64,000 bases of DNA from an uncultured Deinococcaceae bacterium. GTDB lineage: Bacteria > Deinococcota > Deinococci > Deinococcales > Deinococcaceae. Location: the NCBI GenBank assembly GCA_964252075.1, contig CAXULY010000008.1, positions 123,027 through 187,026 on the forward strand, read 5' to 3'. How positions within the stretch are numbered: the first letter of the stretch is position 1; each line of letters starts with the position of its first letter. Shown here piece after piece: positions 1 through 10,424 of the stretch. The notes under the pieces are model-generated. The model saw only the letters and a list, made by a program, of their open reading frames with translations. It was not told the origin of the DNA and did no database searches. The position numbers and the translations under genes were made by a program.

Positions 1-559
1 GCCCCGTGCGGGTGCCCGCCCCGCCGCGCGCTGTGAGGACCTTCGTCACGATGGCGGTGCTGGACAGCGCCAGCAGAAACCCAGTGAACACCCCGTTCGG
101 GATGCTCACCCCGGTGAACGCCAGGAGCGCCGCCGCGACCAGCACCGTGAGGCCCACCTGCAGGCCGCCCCCCAGGAAGATCAGGCGCGCGATGCGCGAC
201 AGGCGCTCCAGGCTGAACTCAATGCCGATCGCGAACAGGAGCAGCATCACGCCGATTTCACTCGCGCCCGAGATGACCGCCGGGTCGCGAATCACGCCCA
301 GCACCGACGGGCCCGCCAGCACGCCCGCCAGCAGGAACCCCACGATGGGCATCAGCCCGAAGCGAAAGGACACGTACGCGGCGGCGCCCGCCACGATGAG
401 GAGCAGCGTGAGCTGCCCCATGAAGGGGGGCGCGCCGTGCGTCTCGGCCGCCAGCGCACCGCCGCTCAGCATGGCCAGGAGCGGCAGCGCCCACGCCACG
501 CTGAGGCGCGCCCGGCGTCGTGAGGGAACCGCGGTCCAGGAAAGGGGCGAGCGCATCAT
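1..559 (-). CDS. CPA2-family cation:proton antiporter (KefC/YbaL-like), N-terminal part, runs off window
   Basis: Manual minus-strand translation from ATG 559: ...LMPIVGFLLAGVLAGPSVLGVI...SEIGVMLLLFAIGIEFSLERL. Confidence 0.85.
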   Translation of the reverse strand, partial: MMRSPLSWTAVPSRRRARLSVAWALPLLAMLSGGALAAETHGAPPFMGQLTLLLIVAGAAAYVSFRFGLMPIVGFLLAGVLAGPSVLGVIRDPAVISGASEIGVMLLLFAIGIEFSLERLSRIARLIFLGGGLQVGLTVLVAAALLAFTGVSIPNGVFTGFLLALSSTAIVTKVLTARGGAGTRTG

Positions 560-602
560 GGCTCAGTATGCAAGACAGCCCCGCCACCTGGGCCCAGCGC
601 GC

Positions 603-1331
603 TCAACGGCCGTCCTGACTCAGCTGCTCTCCGAAGCGCCGCGCCTCGCGCTCCAGCGCCTCCGCGAGGCCCGCGCGGCCCTGATGCACGATGGCCCGTA
701 CGCGGCTCAGCTGATCGGCGCTCAGGCGCGCCTTCGCGGCGGCGTCGCCGTAACTGGCGGTGCGGCCCGTCACGCCGCGAATCACGCCCGCCACGAACGC
801 CGCGTCCAGGCGGCCCTCCGCGCGGATGCTGCGCATGGGGTGCAGGTCCAGCCACGCGGCGCGCGTCACGAGCGCCCGCACCGCCTCCGCGAGGCTCGGC
901 GCGGGCTCGGCCAGCACGTCCGCCTCCCGCACCTGCCGCGCCGCCTGCGTGAGCGCCTCCGGCGTGAGGTCGTCCGTGCCCGCCACCCAGCCGGGCGCGC
1001 GCGCCCCCACCAGCGCCGGGATGGAGAGCGCGTCCAGCACCCGGCGCCGCTCGTTCAGCTCCAGGTCCGTGGCGTCCACCAGGGCGTTCAGCGCGGCCTC
1101 GTGGTCGGGTCCGTTCAGGCGCGCGAGCCAGCCCTGACTCGCGCGCCACCCCTGCAGCTGCGTGGGGTCCTGCGTGACGGGGTAACCGGGGTCCAGGTCG
1201 TACAGGGTCAGGTCGTGGCGCGCCAGGAGCGTGCGCAGGGCCCCCGCCGCCTTGTCCCGCTCGCCGCCCTGCGCGCCCAGGTACAGGTTCAGCAGCTTGC
1301 GGGCGCGTTCGATGCTGTGCTCGTCCGGCAT
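603..1331 (-). CDS. Hypothetical protein, DUF2786-like N-terminal helices
   Basis: 242 aa ORF; IERARKLLNL..GERDKAAGALRTLLARHDL. Confidence 0.65.
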   Translation of the reverse strand: MPDEHSIERARKLLNLYLGAQGGERDKAAGALRTLLARHDLTLYDLDPGYPVTQDPTQLQGWRASQGWLARLNGPDHEAALNALVDATDLELNERRRVLDALSIPALVGARAPGWVAGTDDLTPEALTQAARQVREADVLAEPAPSLAEAVRALVTRAAWLDLHPMRSIRAEGRLDAAFVAGVIRGVTGRTASYGDAAAKARLSADQLSRVRAIVHQGRAGLAEALEREARRFGEQLSQDGR

Positions 1332-1415
1332 GCCGTCAGGCTCGCGGCGGGTGGGGGAGGGCGGGGCGCGTCATGTCCCGCATGATACTGGCGCGCCGCG
1401 CCCACCCACCGCGCT

Positions 1416-2153
1416 TCAGATGCCCCAGCCGCCGTCCACCAGCAGTTCCTGCCCGGTGATGTACGCGGCGAGCGGCGTGGCAAGGTACGCGACGGCGGAC
1501 GCCACCTCATCCGCCGTGCCGAAACGCGCGGCGGGAATGCGCGCGAGGGTGCGCGCCTCCGCCGCCTCGTCCGCGAACACCTCCGCGAGGCGTTCGGTGG
1601 CGGTGTAGCCGGGCGCGACGGTGTTCGCGGTGACGCCGTCGCGCGCCACCTCCAGCGCCAGCGAACGCAAATAATTCGTGACGCCCGCCCGCATGGCGTT
1701 GCTGACCGGCAGGCCCGGCGAGGGGCGCCCCACCGTGAGGCTCGTGATGGCGATGACGCGCCCCCAGCGCTGCGCGCGCATGTGCGGCAGCACGCCATTC
1801 GCGAGGCGCACGGTGCTCATGAAGGTCAGCTCGTACCCCGCGCGCCAGCCGTCCTCCGACACCGCGCTTGGCAGGCCCGTGGGGGGGCCGCCCGCGTTCG
1901 ACACCAGGATGTCCACGTCCCCCGCCTCAGCGAGCAGCGCGCGCACGCCCGCCTCGCTGCTCACGTCGCCCACGATGGCGCGCGCGCCCAGCTGCCGCGC
2001 GGCGTCGTTCAGCGGCGCCTCGCCGCGCGCGGAGATGATCACCTTCGCGCCCAGCGCGCTCAGCTGCGCCGCCGCCGCGAACCCGATGCCCTTGCTCGCG
2101 CCCGTCACGAGCGCCCGCCTGCCCTCCAGACTCCAGCCGTTCGGGACTGTCAT
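1416..2153 (-). CDS. SDR family oxidoreductase
   Basis: TGASKGIG, SNAGG, ANTVAPG, VDGG motifs. Confidence 0.92.
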   Translation of the reverse strand: MTVPNGWSLEGRRALVTGASKGIGFAAAAQLSALGAKVIISARGEAPLNDAARQLGARAIVGDVSSEAGVRALLAEAGDVDILVSNAGGPPTGLPSAVSEDGWRAGYELTFMSTVRLANGVLPHMRAQRWGRVIAITSLTVGRPSPGLPVSNAMRAGVTNYLRSLALEVARDGVTANTVAPGYTATERLAEVFADEAAEARTLARIPAARFGTADEVASAVAYLATPLAAYITGQELLVDGGWGI

Positions 2154-2232
2154 GACGGCAGGCTAGCAGGCGCGCCGGCTGTCACGCCCGGGGTACCGCC
2201 CCGCCCCCGCCATGCGCGGGTACGCTGCCCGC

Positions 2233-2634
2233 ATGACCGAAGCCCTGATCACCGGCCTGGATCACGTGCAGGTGTGCGCCCCGCCCGACTGCGAGGCGGC
2301 CGCACGCGCCTTCTTCACGGGCGTGCTGGGCCTCCCGGAACTCCAGAAGCCCGAACGGCTGCGCGCCAACGGCGGCGCGTGGTTCGGCCTGCCCGACGGG
2401 CGGCAACTGCACGTGGGCGTGCAGCTGCCCTTCACGCCCGCCGACAAGGCGCACCCCTGCCTGCGCTGCGCGGACCTCGACCGTGTGGTGGCGCACCTGA
2501 ACGCGCGCGGCGTCACGACCACCCCGGACGACCGCGCGGGCGGGCGGCGCGTGTACCTTCAGGACCCCTGGGGGAACCGCTTCGAGATCGTGGAGGACCG
2601 GCACGCCAGCGTGCCCCTCACCGCCGCACTCTAG
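2233..2634 (+). CDS. VOC/glyoxalase family protein
   Basis: LDHVQV...QLHVG...HPCL...QDPWGNRFEI; TACGCT just upstream of ATG 2233. Confidence 0.88.
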   Translation: MTEALITGLDHVQVCAPPDCEAAARAFFTGVLGLPELQKPERLRANGGAWFGLPDGRQLHVGVQLPFTPADKAHPCLRCADLDRVVAHLNARGVTTTPDDRAGGRRVYLQDPWGNRFEIVEDRHASVPLTAAL

Positions 2635-2643
2635 ACTGACCGC

Positions 2644-3411
2644 ATGACTGCCGTAACCGTGCCGCGTGACGAACTGGTGGGGTGGCTGGGGCGCTACCTG
2701 CGCCTCAGCAGCTTCAAGGACTGGAGCAACAACGGTCTGCAGGTGGAGGGCGCCGACACCATCACGCGCCTCGCCGTGGCGGTGGACGCCTCGCAGCGCA
2801 CCATCGAGGAGGCCGCCGAGCAGGGCGCGCAGATGCTCATCACGCACCACGGGCTGTTCTGGGGCGCGCCCGTCATGGTGACGGGACCGCACCGCCGTCG
2901 CCTGCAAGCCGCGCTGGACGCCGGGTTGAGCCTCTACGCCGCGCACCTGCCGCTCGACGCGCACCCCGAGGTGGGGAACAACGCCATGATTGCCCGCGCG
3001 CTCAGCCTGCAGGACACCGCTGGCTTCGGGGAGTCGCAGGGGCAGACCATCGGCGTGGCGGGCGAACTGCCCTTCCCGCTGCCGCTGCAGGACCTCGCGG
3101 ACCGCATGCAGAAACTCACGGGCGAGATCTGCCTCGTGCACGGCGGCGGGCCCGGCGAGGCGCGCCGCGTCGCCGTGATCAGCGGCAGCGCCAGCGGTGA
3201 GATCCCCGAGGTGGCGCGCGCCGGGTACGACACCTTCGTGACGGGCGAACCGAAGCACCAGCACTTCAACGACGCCTTCGAGTACGGCGTGAACGTCATC
3301 TACGCCGGGCACTACGAGACCGAGGTGTTCGGCGTGCGGGCGCTCGCGGCGCGCATCGAGGAGGAGTTCGGGTTGCCGTGGCAGTTCATTCACGCGCCCA
3401 CCGGCCTGTGA
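2644..3411 (+). CDS. Nif3-like dinuclear metal centre protein (YbgI family)
   Basis: NGLQVEG, THHGLFW, HLPLDAHPEVGNN, GHYETE. Confidence 0.93.
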   Translation: MTAVTVPRDELVGWLGRYLRLSSFKDWSNNGLQVEGADTITRLAVAVDASQRTIEEAAEQGAQMLITHHGLFWGAPVMVTGPHRRRLQAALDAGLSLYAAHLPLDAHPEVGNNAMIARALSLQDTAGFGESQGQTIGVAGELPFPLPLQDLADRMQKLTGEICLVHGGGPGEARRVAVISGSASGEIPEVARAGYDTFVTGEPKHQHFNDAFEYGVNVIYAGHYETEVFGVRALAARIEEEFGLPWQFIHAPTGL

Positions 3412-3421
3412 GCGGGCGCGC

Positions 3422-4048
3422 GTGAGCCTCTTCATCACCTTCGAGGGCCCGGAGGGCGGCGGCAAGAGCACCCAGGTCACGCGCCTCGCCGCGCGCCTGA
3501 CCGCGCAGGGCGTGACGCACCTCGTGACGCGCGAGCCGGGCGGCACGCCGCTCGGCTCGCGCGTGCGGGAACTCGTGCTGATGGACCCGGACCTGGACGT
3601 CTCGCCCCTCTCGGAGTTCCTGCTGTACAGCGCCAGCCGCGCGCAACTCGTGCGGGACGTGCTGCGGCCCGCCCTCGCGCGCGGCGAGGTGATCGTCTGC
3701 GACCGGTACGCGGACAGCAGTGCCGCTTACCAGGGCATGGGGCGCGGCCTGCCGGAAGCCTTCGTGACGGACGTGACGTGGGAGGCGACGGGCGGCCTGC
3801 GCCCGCACCTCACCTTCCTGCTGGACCTCGACCCCGCAGAGGGCCTCAGGCGCGCCGCACGCAAGGGCGCGCCCGACCGCCTGGAGCGCGCGGACCTAGA
3901 GTTCCACCGCCGCGTGCGCGCGGGCTTCCTCGCGATTGCGGGCGCGGAACCGGAGCGCGTCATGGTGCTGGACGCCACCCTCCCCGAGGCCGACATCGAG
4001 GCGGCCATCTGGTCCGTCGTCGCGCGGGCGCTCGGTCAGCTCGCCTGA
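3422..4048 (+). CDS. tmk: Thymidylate kinase
   Basis: FITFEGPEGGGKSTQ, TREPGG, CDRY..SS.AYQG. Confidence 0.96.
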   Translation: MSLFITFEGPEGGGKSTQVTRLAARLTAQGVTHLVTREPGGTPLGSRVRELVLMDPDLDVSPLSEFLLYSASRAQLVRDVLRPALARGEVIVCDRYADSSAAYQGMGRGLPEAFVTDVTWEATGGLRPHLTFLLDLDPAEGLRRAARKGAPDRLERADLEFHRRVRAGFLAIAGAEPERVMVLDATLPEADIEAAIWSVVARALGQLA

Positions 4049-4055
4049 GCCCCCT

Positions 4056-4877
4056 TCAGTCCCCCAGGCTGCTGCTGCCCCCCACGCCCGGCAGCGCCGA
4101 ACCCGGCACGATCTGCACCTCCGACAGGGTCGGCCACAGCTTCCCCGTGACGTACAGGCGCTGACTCACGGCGTTGAACGCGATGCCGTTCAGCACCCCA
4201 TTGCTGTCCGTCACGCCCGCCTGACGCGCCGCCTGCACGAGGGGCCGCGCGTCAATCCAGGCGGTCACCTGCCCGCTGCGCGGGTCAATGCGCGCGATCC
4301 AGTCCGAGTACCACACGTTCGCATACAGCTGCCCGTTCATGAACTCCAGCTCGTTGATGCGCGTGAGGGGCCGCCCGCGGTCCCGCACCGCCAGCGTTCC
4401 CGTGACCTTCAGGGTGGTGGGGTCGAGGAACCGCAGCTGGTCCGTGCCGTCACTCATGATGAGACGACCGCCGTCCGTGGTGAGACCCCAGCCTTCATTC
4501 GGGTACGTGAAGGTCCCCAGCGGCTTGAAGGTCTGCTCGTCGTACACGAAGCCCACCTTCGTCTGCCACGTCAGCTGGTACAGGCGGCCCTTCAGCGCCG
4601 TGAGACCCTCCCCGAAGTACTGCGCGCCCAGCCGCACGCGGCGCGTCACGCGGCCCGTCGCGAGGTCCACCTGCCTCAACTCGGACGCGCCGTTCAGGCC
4701 GACGCTCTCGTACAGGCCGCCGTCACTGAAGGTCAGGCCCTCCGTGAAGGCCCCCTGGTCGTGCGGTGTCTGCGCCACCACCCGCAAAGCCAGCGCCTGC
4801 GGCTTCACGGGGTCCGCCGACTGCGCGCACGCGCTCACGCTGGCGAGCGCCAGCCACCACACTCCACGCCTCATCAC
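4056..4877 (-). CDS. Glutaminyl-peptide cyclotransferase, probable lipoprotein
   Basis: HD..AFTEGL, YFGEG, EGWGLT, NELE, VLNGIA, TGKLWP; lipobox-like VSAC. Confidence 0.92.
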   Translation of the reverse strand: MMRRGVWWLALASVSACAQSADPVKPQALALRVVAQTPHDQGAFTEGLTFSDGGLYESVGLNGASELRQVDLATGRVTRRVRLGAQYFGEGLTALKGRLYQLTWQTKVGFVYDEQTFKPLGTFTYPNEGWGLTTDGGRLIMSDGTDQLRFLDPTTLKVTGTLAVRDRGRPLTRINELEFMNGQLYANVWYSDWIARIDPRSGQVTAWIDARPLVQAARQAGVTDSNGVLNGIAFNAVSQRLYVTGKLWPTLSEVQIVPGSALPGVGGSSSLGD

Positions 4878-4917
4878 CCCATCACTATAGGGGCGGCGTC
4901 TGAAGGCCAGATGGCGC

Positions 4918-5307
4918 TTACTGCGCGGCGGGCCGCACGAAGGCCGCCGAGTCGTAGTACGTGCGGAAGGCCGTCACGCGCCCCCCCTTCACCTCGATGA
5001 GGCTCACGCCGCGGTAGCGGATGTCGCCGCCGTCCTTGAGCTGCCCGGTCGCCTCCCACTCCATCACGCCCGTGTCCTCACTGGACGTGGAGTGACTGAA
5101 CTCCGAACGGATGGACGCAAAGTTGTTCAGGTACCGCTGCCAGAAGTCGCGCGCGCCGTCCACCCCCCGGTACACCTCCTCCGTGAGGTTCTGGCTGCTG
5201 CTGTCGTCGGCGTACAGGGCGACCAGGGGCGCGGGGTCGCCGCTCTGCTCGGCCTGCTGGAGTGCGTCCATGAACTGCCTCGTGGTGTCCTGCGTGGTGT
5301 CCGCCAT
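4918..5307 (-). CDS. SnoaL-like/NTF2 family protein
   Basis: LVALYADD...YRGVSLIEV..RVTAFRTYYD. Confidence 0.8.
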   Translation of the reverse strand: MADTTQDTTRQFMDALQQAEQSGDPAPLVALYADDSSSQNLTEEVYRGVDGARDFWQRYLNNFASIRSEFSHSTSSEDTGVMEWEATGQLKDGGDIRYRGVSLIEVKGGRVTAFRTYYDSAAFVRPAAQ

Positions 5308-5353
5308 GCCTTCACATGAGCACGCGCGCCTTCAGGTGGGCTGAGCGCAAGGT

Positions 5354-6469
5354 TCAGGCGGGTTCAGGGGCGCTCGCGAGCGCCCGCCGCGCCGCCGCGC
5401 CCACCTCCGCCTGCGGGTCGCGCGTCAGGCGGTCCAGGGGCGCCGGTTCCCCCCAGCGGCCCCACGCCCACGCCGCCGCCTCCCGCACCTCCCACGCGGC
5501 GTCCATGCTCGCCGCCTCCAGCACCGCGCGCCCCGCGCCGCCCGGGTCGTTCCCGACGACCGTCACGGCGTTGCGCGCCATGCCCTTGCGCCGCGCGCGC
5601 AGGAACGCCGTGCCCGCGAAGCGCCGCTCGAAGGCCCGCTCGCTCACCCCGAAGAACCCCAGCAGGTCCGGGTGCGCCAGTTCCGGGTCGGGCGTGAGGG
5701 TGCGCGCCACCGCGCCCGCCTTCACGCTCCACGGGCACACCTCCAGGCACCCGTCACACCCGAACAGCCAGTCCCCGATGCCGGGCCGCAGGTCCCAGTC
5801 GGTCGGCCCCCGGTGCTCGATCGTCAGGTACGACACGCAGCGCCGCGCGTCAATCGCGCGGTCCGCCCCGATGGCGCCCGTCGGGCAGGCCGTCACGCAC
5901 GCCGAGCAGCGCCCGCAGCGGTCCGGGTGGAGGGGGGACGGCTCGCCCTCGAACGGCAGGTCTGTCAGGAGCGCCGCGAGCGTCACGAAGGCCCCCAGCC
6001 GCTGGCTGACCAGCATGCCCGACCGGCCACGCCACCCCAGGAACGCCCGACCGGCCAGCTCACGCTCCATCACGGGCGCGTGATCCACCGTGCCGCGCGC
6101 CCGCAGCCCCAGCGCGCGCGCCTCGCCCTCCAGCCGCTCCAGGAGCGGCTGAAGCTGGTCATGGTAGTCGGGCGTCCAGGCGTAGCGCGCCACCCGGCCC
6201 AGCCGCAGCCCACCCGTGGGCGCCGCCACCTCCCCGAAGGCGTGCGACACCCCCAGCACCAGGACGCTGCGCGCGCCCTCCAGGCTGCTCCCGAGGTCCG
6301 CGCGGCGCGGCAGCTGACGCTCCAGGTACGCCATGCCCGCCTGCCGCCCCGCCGCCAGCCAGCGCGCGTACTCCTGCACCGCGCCCGGCGTGACGGTCGC
6401 GCTCGTCCAGCCCGCCACGTCGAAACCCAGCTCCAGGGCCAGGGCGGTCAGGGTCTCGCGGGCGTCCAT
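5354..6469 (-). CDS. queG: tRNA epoxyqueuosine reductase
   Basis: ARYAW..DYH, CGRCSACVTACPTGA, RCVSYLTIE, GCDGCLEVCPW. Confidence 0.95.
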   Translation of the reverse strand: MDARETLTALALELGFDVAGWTSATVTPGAVQEYARWLAAGRQAGMAYLERQLPRRADLGSSLEGARSVLVLGVSHAFGEVAAPTGGLRLGRVARYAWTPDYHDQLQPLLERLEGEARALGLRARGTVDHAPVMERELAGRAFLGWRGRSGMLVSQRLGAFVTLAALLTDLPFEGEPSPLHPDRCGRCSACVTACPTGAIGADRAIDARRCVSYLTIEHRGPTDWDLRPGIGDWLFGCDGCLEVCPWSVKAGAVARTLTPDPELAHPDLLGFFGVSERAFERRFAGTAFLRARRKGMARNAVTVVGNDPGGAGRAVLEAASMDAAWEVREAAAWAWGRWGEPAPLDRLTRDPQAEVGAAARRALASAPEPA

Positions 6470-6515
6470 CAGGAGCGAGTATGGCGCGGGCGGGCGGCGG
6501 AGAAGGTGGCGGGCG

Positions 6516-7193
6516 TCAGGGCGCGCGGAGCGTCTGGCCGCCCCTGAAGGTCACGATCACGCCGGTGCGGCTCGGGTCGCGCCGGTCCACCGTGCAGAAC
6601 AGCGCGTCCGCCGGGGGGCGCACCTCAAAGCGGCCCGCACCCAGGCTGCAGTCATCGGGCCGCAGTTCGCCCATGGCGTCCGCCGCGGCCACAGCGCGGT
6701 ACACCTCGCTGAGGTACAGGCCGTGCGTGCGGACCAGCGCGCGGTTCCGGGCGTTCAGCAGGTTGGGGATCAGCACCGCCGCGAGGATCCCCGTGAGGGC
6801 GATCCTGCCGAAGAGGCCGAGGGCGCCGTGCCCGCCGATGAGCCCCCAGTGCAACCCGTCCGTGATGGGCGAGGCGGTGCGCCCCCGGCCGTACAGCCGC
6901 CGGTAGGTCTGCCGGTACTGCACGAGCATGAGGACGAAGGCGGCCAGCGAGACCAGAGCGACGACCAGCGCAGCGCCCGAAAGCGACGCCGGGGACTGAC
7001 CAGCCGCCACCGCAAGCAGCAGGGTGCCCGCGACCCAGCCCACCACGGACAGGCCCAGCCAGATGAAGTGCCAGCTGAGCGCCCCAAGGTACGTGAAGCC
7101 CGAGCCGACCAGCAGCCAGTTCAGGAAGAACCCCAGCCAGTAGTTGGGCGCTTTGGTCGCGGCGGGCCGAACAGCTTCCGGGCTCACGGTCAT
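6516..7193 (-). CDS. Membrane protein with C-terminal type IV pilin-like domain
   Basis: Start ATG 7193; several hydrophobic segments, then GILAAVLIPNLLNARNRA and two Cys. Confidence 0.7.
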   Translation of the reverse strand: MTVSPEAVRPAATKAPNYWLGFFLNWLLVGSGFTYLGALSWHFIWLGLSVVGWVAGTLLLAVAAGQSPASLSGAALVVALVSLAAFVLMLVQYRQTYRRLYGRGRTASPITDGLHWGLIGGHGALGLFGRIALTGILAAVLIPNLLNARNRALVRTHGLYLSEVYRAVAAADAMGELRPDDCSLGAGRFEVRPPADALFCTVDRRDPSRTGVIVTFRGGQTLRAP

Positions 7194-7294
7194 GCCTGAA
7201 GGGCATATGAGGGTCGGCCCGTGCCCGGCCAAGAATCTGCGGGCAAGAGGGCGGGACCGGACATCGGTGCGGTCCCGCCTACGCCCACGCTCCG

Positions 7295-7957
7295 TTACCT
7301 GCTGGCGGCGCCCTCGTCCATGAACCACACGGGGTCCGCGACGCGCGCCACGGGGTACTCACCTTCACCCGCCTCAAGGTGCGCCAGCACCTCCCGCTTG
7401 TTCGCGCCTGTCACGAGCAGCCAGCGCTCGCGCGCCGCATTGATCTCCGGGAAGGTGAAACTCAGGCGCCACGCGCTGAGTTTCGGCACCCAGTTCGCGA
7501 TCACGCGCCCGTCCGCGCTGAGGCCATCACTGCCGGGGAAGAGGCTCGCGGTGTGCCCGTCGTCCCCCATGCCGAGCAGCACCACATCCAGCTGGCCCGG
7601 GAGGTCGCGGCTGCCGCGCACCGCCGCCTCGTGCGGGTCGAGTTCACCTTCCAGACGGTGAATCTGCGGGCCGGGAATGGGCACGGCGTTCAGCAGTTCG
7701 TCGTACGCGAGTTTGAAGTTGCTGTCCGCGCTGGTGGGGGGCACGCAGCGCTCGTCGCTGAAGTACACGTGCACGGCGTCCCACGGCACGCCGCCCACGT
7801 CGCGCAGCGCGCGGTACATGAGTTTCGGGGTGCTGCCGCCGGAGAGCGCCACGTGGAAGGCGCCGCGCGCGTCCACCGCCGCCCGGGCGGCCTCCGCGAA
7901 AGCCTGCGCGGCGTCCTGCCCGACCGCCTCCGGGGTGGGGGAGACGCGCGTCCTCAC
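7295..7957 (-). CDS. pgl: 6-phosphogluconolactonase
   Basis: [29 protein letters not shown]. Confidence 0.95.
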   Translation of the reverse strand: MRTRVSPTPEAVGQDAAQAFAEAARAAVDARGAFHVALSGGSTPKLMYRALRDVGGVPWDAVHVYFSDERCVPPTSADSNFKLAYDELLNAVPIPGPQIHRLEGELDPHEAAVRGSRDLPGQLDVVLLGMGDDGHTASLFPGSDGLSADGRVIANWVPKLSAWRLSFTFPEINAARERWLLVTGANKREVLAHLEAGEGEYPVARVADPVWFMDEGAASR

Positions 7958-8907
7958 CGCGCGCCGTCCACGCTGGTGCGGGCGAGCGCGAGCGCGCGCT
8001 CGAAGTCGTTCGCGCGGTCCGGGCGCGCCATGACGCGCTCCAGGCCCTGCCCGAGCGTCATGGCGGGCACCATGATCTCGCCCTCGAAGTGGCTGCCGTC
8101 GTGCTCCCGCACCCAGTGCGCGGCGTCGCCGTCGCTGGCGGCCACCTCGAAGTGCACGCCGTCGCCGGACAGCGCGACGCGCGTCAGGTCGCCGGGCTCA
8201 CGCGCGGGCGACGGCCGCGCCATGATCTGCACGCGGCTGAGGTCCGGCCAGCCCAGGTGCACGGCGATCCACGCGCCGTACAGGCGCGCGGGCAGGTCGC
8301 TGCCACCGCCGTACCCGACCGACACGCTCTTCACCTGCCCGAGCTGCGCCGCGGCGTCCGGGCTGTCGAAGAGCTGCGCGAGCGCCTCGCGCCACGTCGC
8401 GGTGCGCGCCCACCCCAGGTCCGCGAGGGCGTAGCGGGAGTCGGCGGGGATGCGCAGCGTCAGGGTGTCCCCAATCACCTGATCCGCGAGTTCCGCGAGT
8501 TCGTCCAGCAGCGGGCCGGTGGGCGCGTCGTCGCTCGCCCACCACACGTGGTTCAGGGTGGCGGGCCGCAGGAGCGGCAGGATCGCGCCCTGCAGCTGCT
8601 CCGGGTTCGCGTCCAGGATGAGCCGCTCGATGTACAGGCTGCGCTGCGGCACGAGGCTCACGTTGAGTTTCACGTTCTCGTCGCCGTCCATCACGCCGAT
8701 GATCTGACGGCCCGCGTAGCGGCCCTCCAGGCTCGCGAGCGCTTCCTCCACCCGCGCGAGGTGCCGCTGCACCGTCAGCGCGATGATGTTGCCGGTGTAG
8801 GCGCGCGTCTCCACCTGCGTCTGGTTCCACAGGTCGTCGAGCGTCTGCTGGGCGTGACGCACGTCCGTCTGGACGGGCCCCAGCACGCGCGGAGCAGTGG
8901 TCGTCAC
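7954..8907 (-). CDS. opcA: G6PD assembly/effector protein OpcA
   Basis: Lies between zwf and pgl with 4-nt overlaps; [28 protein letters not shown]. Confidence 0.85.
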   Translation of the reverse strand: MTTTAPRVLGPVQTDVRHAQQTLDDLWNQTQVETRAYTGNIIALTVQRHLARVEEALASLEGRYAGRQIIGVMDGDENVKLNVSLVPQRSLYIERLILDANPEQLQGAILPLLRPATLNHVWWASDDAPTGPLLDELAELADQVIGDTLTLRIPADSRYALADLGWARTATWREALAQLFDSPDAAAQLGQVKSVSVGYGGGSDLPARLYGAWIAVHLGWPDLSRVQIMARPSPAREPGDLTRVALSGDGVHFEVAASDGDAAHWVREHDGSHFEGEIMVPAMTLGQGLERVMARPDRANDFERALALARTSVDGAR

Positions 8908-10424
8908 AGGTGCCTCCAGCGTCGGTCCGGGCCGATCAGTTCATCGGCGGCGTCCGGACCCCAGGTGCCCGCCGCGTAGTTCGGGAGGTTCGGGTCGGGG
9001 TTCTGCCAGGCCTCCAGAATGCCGGACACCAGCTTCCAGGCCTGCTCCACCTCGTCCTCGCGGGGGAAGAGCGTCGCGTCGCCGATCATGGCGTCCAGCA
9101 GCAGGCGCGAGTACGGCGCTTCCAGCTGCGCGCCGAACGCGTCGTAGCGGAAGTCCATCACGACCTCGCGCAGCACGTTCTCCTGCCCGGGCGTCTTGCT
9201 GGAAAACTTCAGGCTCACGCCCTCGTCCGGCTGGATGCGGAAGGCCAGCACGTTGCGCTCGGACTGCCCTGGGAACAGGTCGAGCGGCGGGCGCTTGAAC
9301 ACCACCGCGATCTCCGTGACCTTCTTCGGGAGGCGCTTGCCGCTGCGCAGGAAGAACGGCACGCCCTTCCAGCGCCAGTTGTCCACCTCCAGCTTGATCG
9401 CCACGAAGGTCGCGGTCATGCTCTCCGGCGCGACCTTCTCCTCCTCGCGGTACCCCACCACGCGCTCGCCATACAGGGTGCCGGGCGCGTACTGCCCGCG
9501 CACCACCACCTCCGCCACGCGCTCCGCGGGGATGGGGCGCGTGGCGCGCAGCACCTTCACCTTCTCGTCGCGGATGGCGTCCGCGTCGAAGGCCACGGGG
9601 GGCTCCATGGCGGTCAGCGTGAACAGCTGCATCAGGTGGTTCTGCAGCATGTCGCGCAGCACGCCCGCCTCCTCGTAGTACCCGCCGCGCCCCTCCATGC
9701 CGAGGTCCTCGGCGGCGGTGATCTGCACGTGCTCCACGTAACTGCGGTTCCAGATCGGCTCGAAGATCAGGTTCCCGAAGCGGATCGCCATGATGTTCTG
9801 GACGGTCTCCTTGCCCAGGTAATGGTCAATGCGGTAGACCTGATGCTCCTGCCACACGCCGTGAATCGCGGCGTTCAGGGACTGCGCGGTGGCGAGGTCA
9901 TGCCCGAAAGGTTTCTCGATGATGAGGCGGCGCCAGCCGTCCGTCTCGTCCGACAGGCCCTGGCGACCCAGGCCCGCCGAGATCGGCTCGAAGAGGCTGG
10001 GGGGCGTGGAGAGGTAGAACAGCGCGTTCTTGCGCCCGCCGTGCGCGTTCTCCGCCTCGTCCAGGCGCGTGCTGACTTCCGCGTACACGTCGTCCCCCGC
10101 GAAATCCCCGTAGCTGTAGTACAGCAGCGCCGTGAATTTCTCCAGGTTGCCCTCGCGAATCTCGTCGGTTTCCTTGCTGCTCTGCAGGGCGTCCGCGACG
10201 AACTTCTTGAAGTCCTCGTCGCTCATGGGCTGGCGCCCCACCCCCACGATGTTGAAGGCCTGACCGACCAGCCCGTCCTGCCACAACCCGAACACGGCGG
10301 GCAGCAGCTTGCGTTTCGCGAGGTCGCCCGTCACGCCGAAAATCACGAGCGTGGCGGGCTCGGGCGCGCGCGTGCGGCGCATGCCGGTCCGGAAGGGATT
10401 GGTGATCTCCGTGGTCTGCGTCAT
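8904..10424 (-). CDS. zwf: Glucose-6-phosphate 1-dehydrogenase
   Basis: [34 protein letters not shown]; start placed at ATG 10424. Confidence 0.97.
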   Translation of the reverse strand: MTQTTEITNPFRTGMRRTRAPEPATLVIFGVTGDLAKRKLLPAVFGLWQDGLVGQAFNIVGVGRQPMSDEDFKKFVADALQSSKETDEIREGNLEKFTALLYYSYGDFAGDDVYAEVSTRLDEAENAHGGRKNALFYLSTPPSLFEPISAGLGRQGLSDETDGWRRLIIEKPFGHDLATAQSLNAAIHGVWQEHQVYRIDHYLGKETVQNIMAIRFGNLIFEPIWNRSYVEHVQITAAEDLGMEGRGGYYEEAGVLRDMLQNHLMQLFTLTAMEPPVAFDADAIRDEKVKVLRATRPIPAERVAEVVVRGQYAPGTLYGERVVGYREEEKVAPESMTATFVAIKLEVDNWRWKGVPFFLRSGKRLPKKVTEIAVVFKRPPLDLFPGQSERNVLAFRIQPDEGVSLKFSSKTPGQENVLREVVMDFRYDAFGAQLEAPYSRLLLDAMIGDATLFPREDEVEQAWKLVSGILEAWQNPDPNLPNYAAGTWGPDAADELIGPDRRWRHL

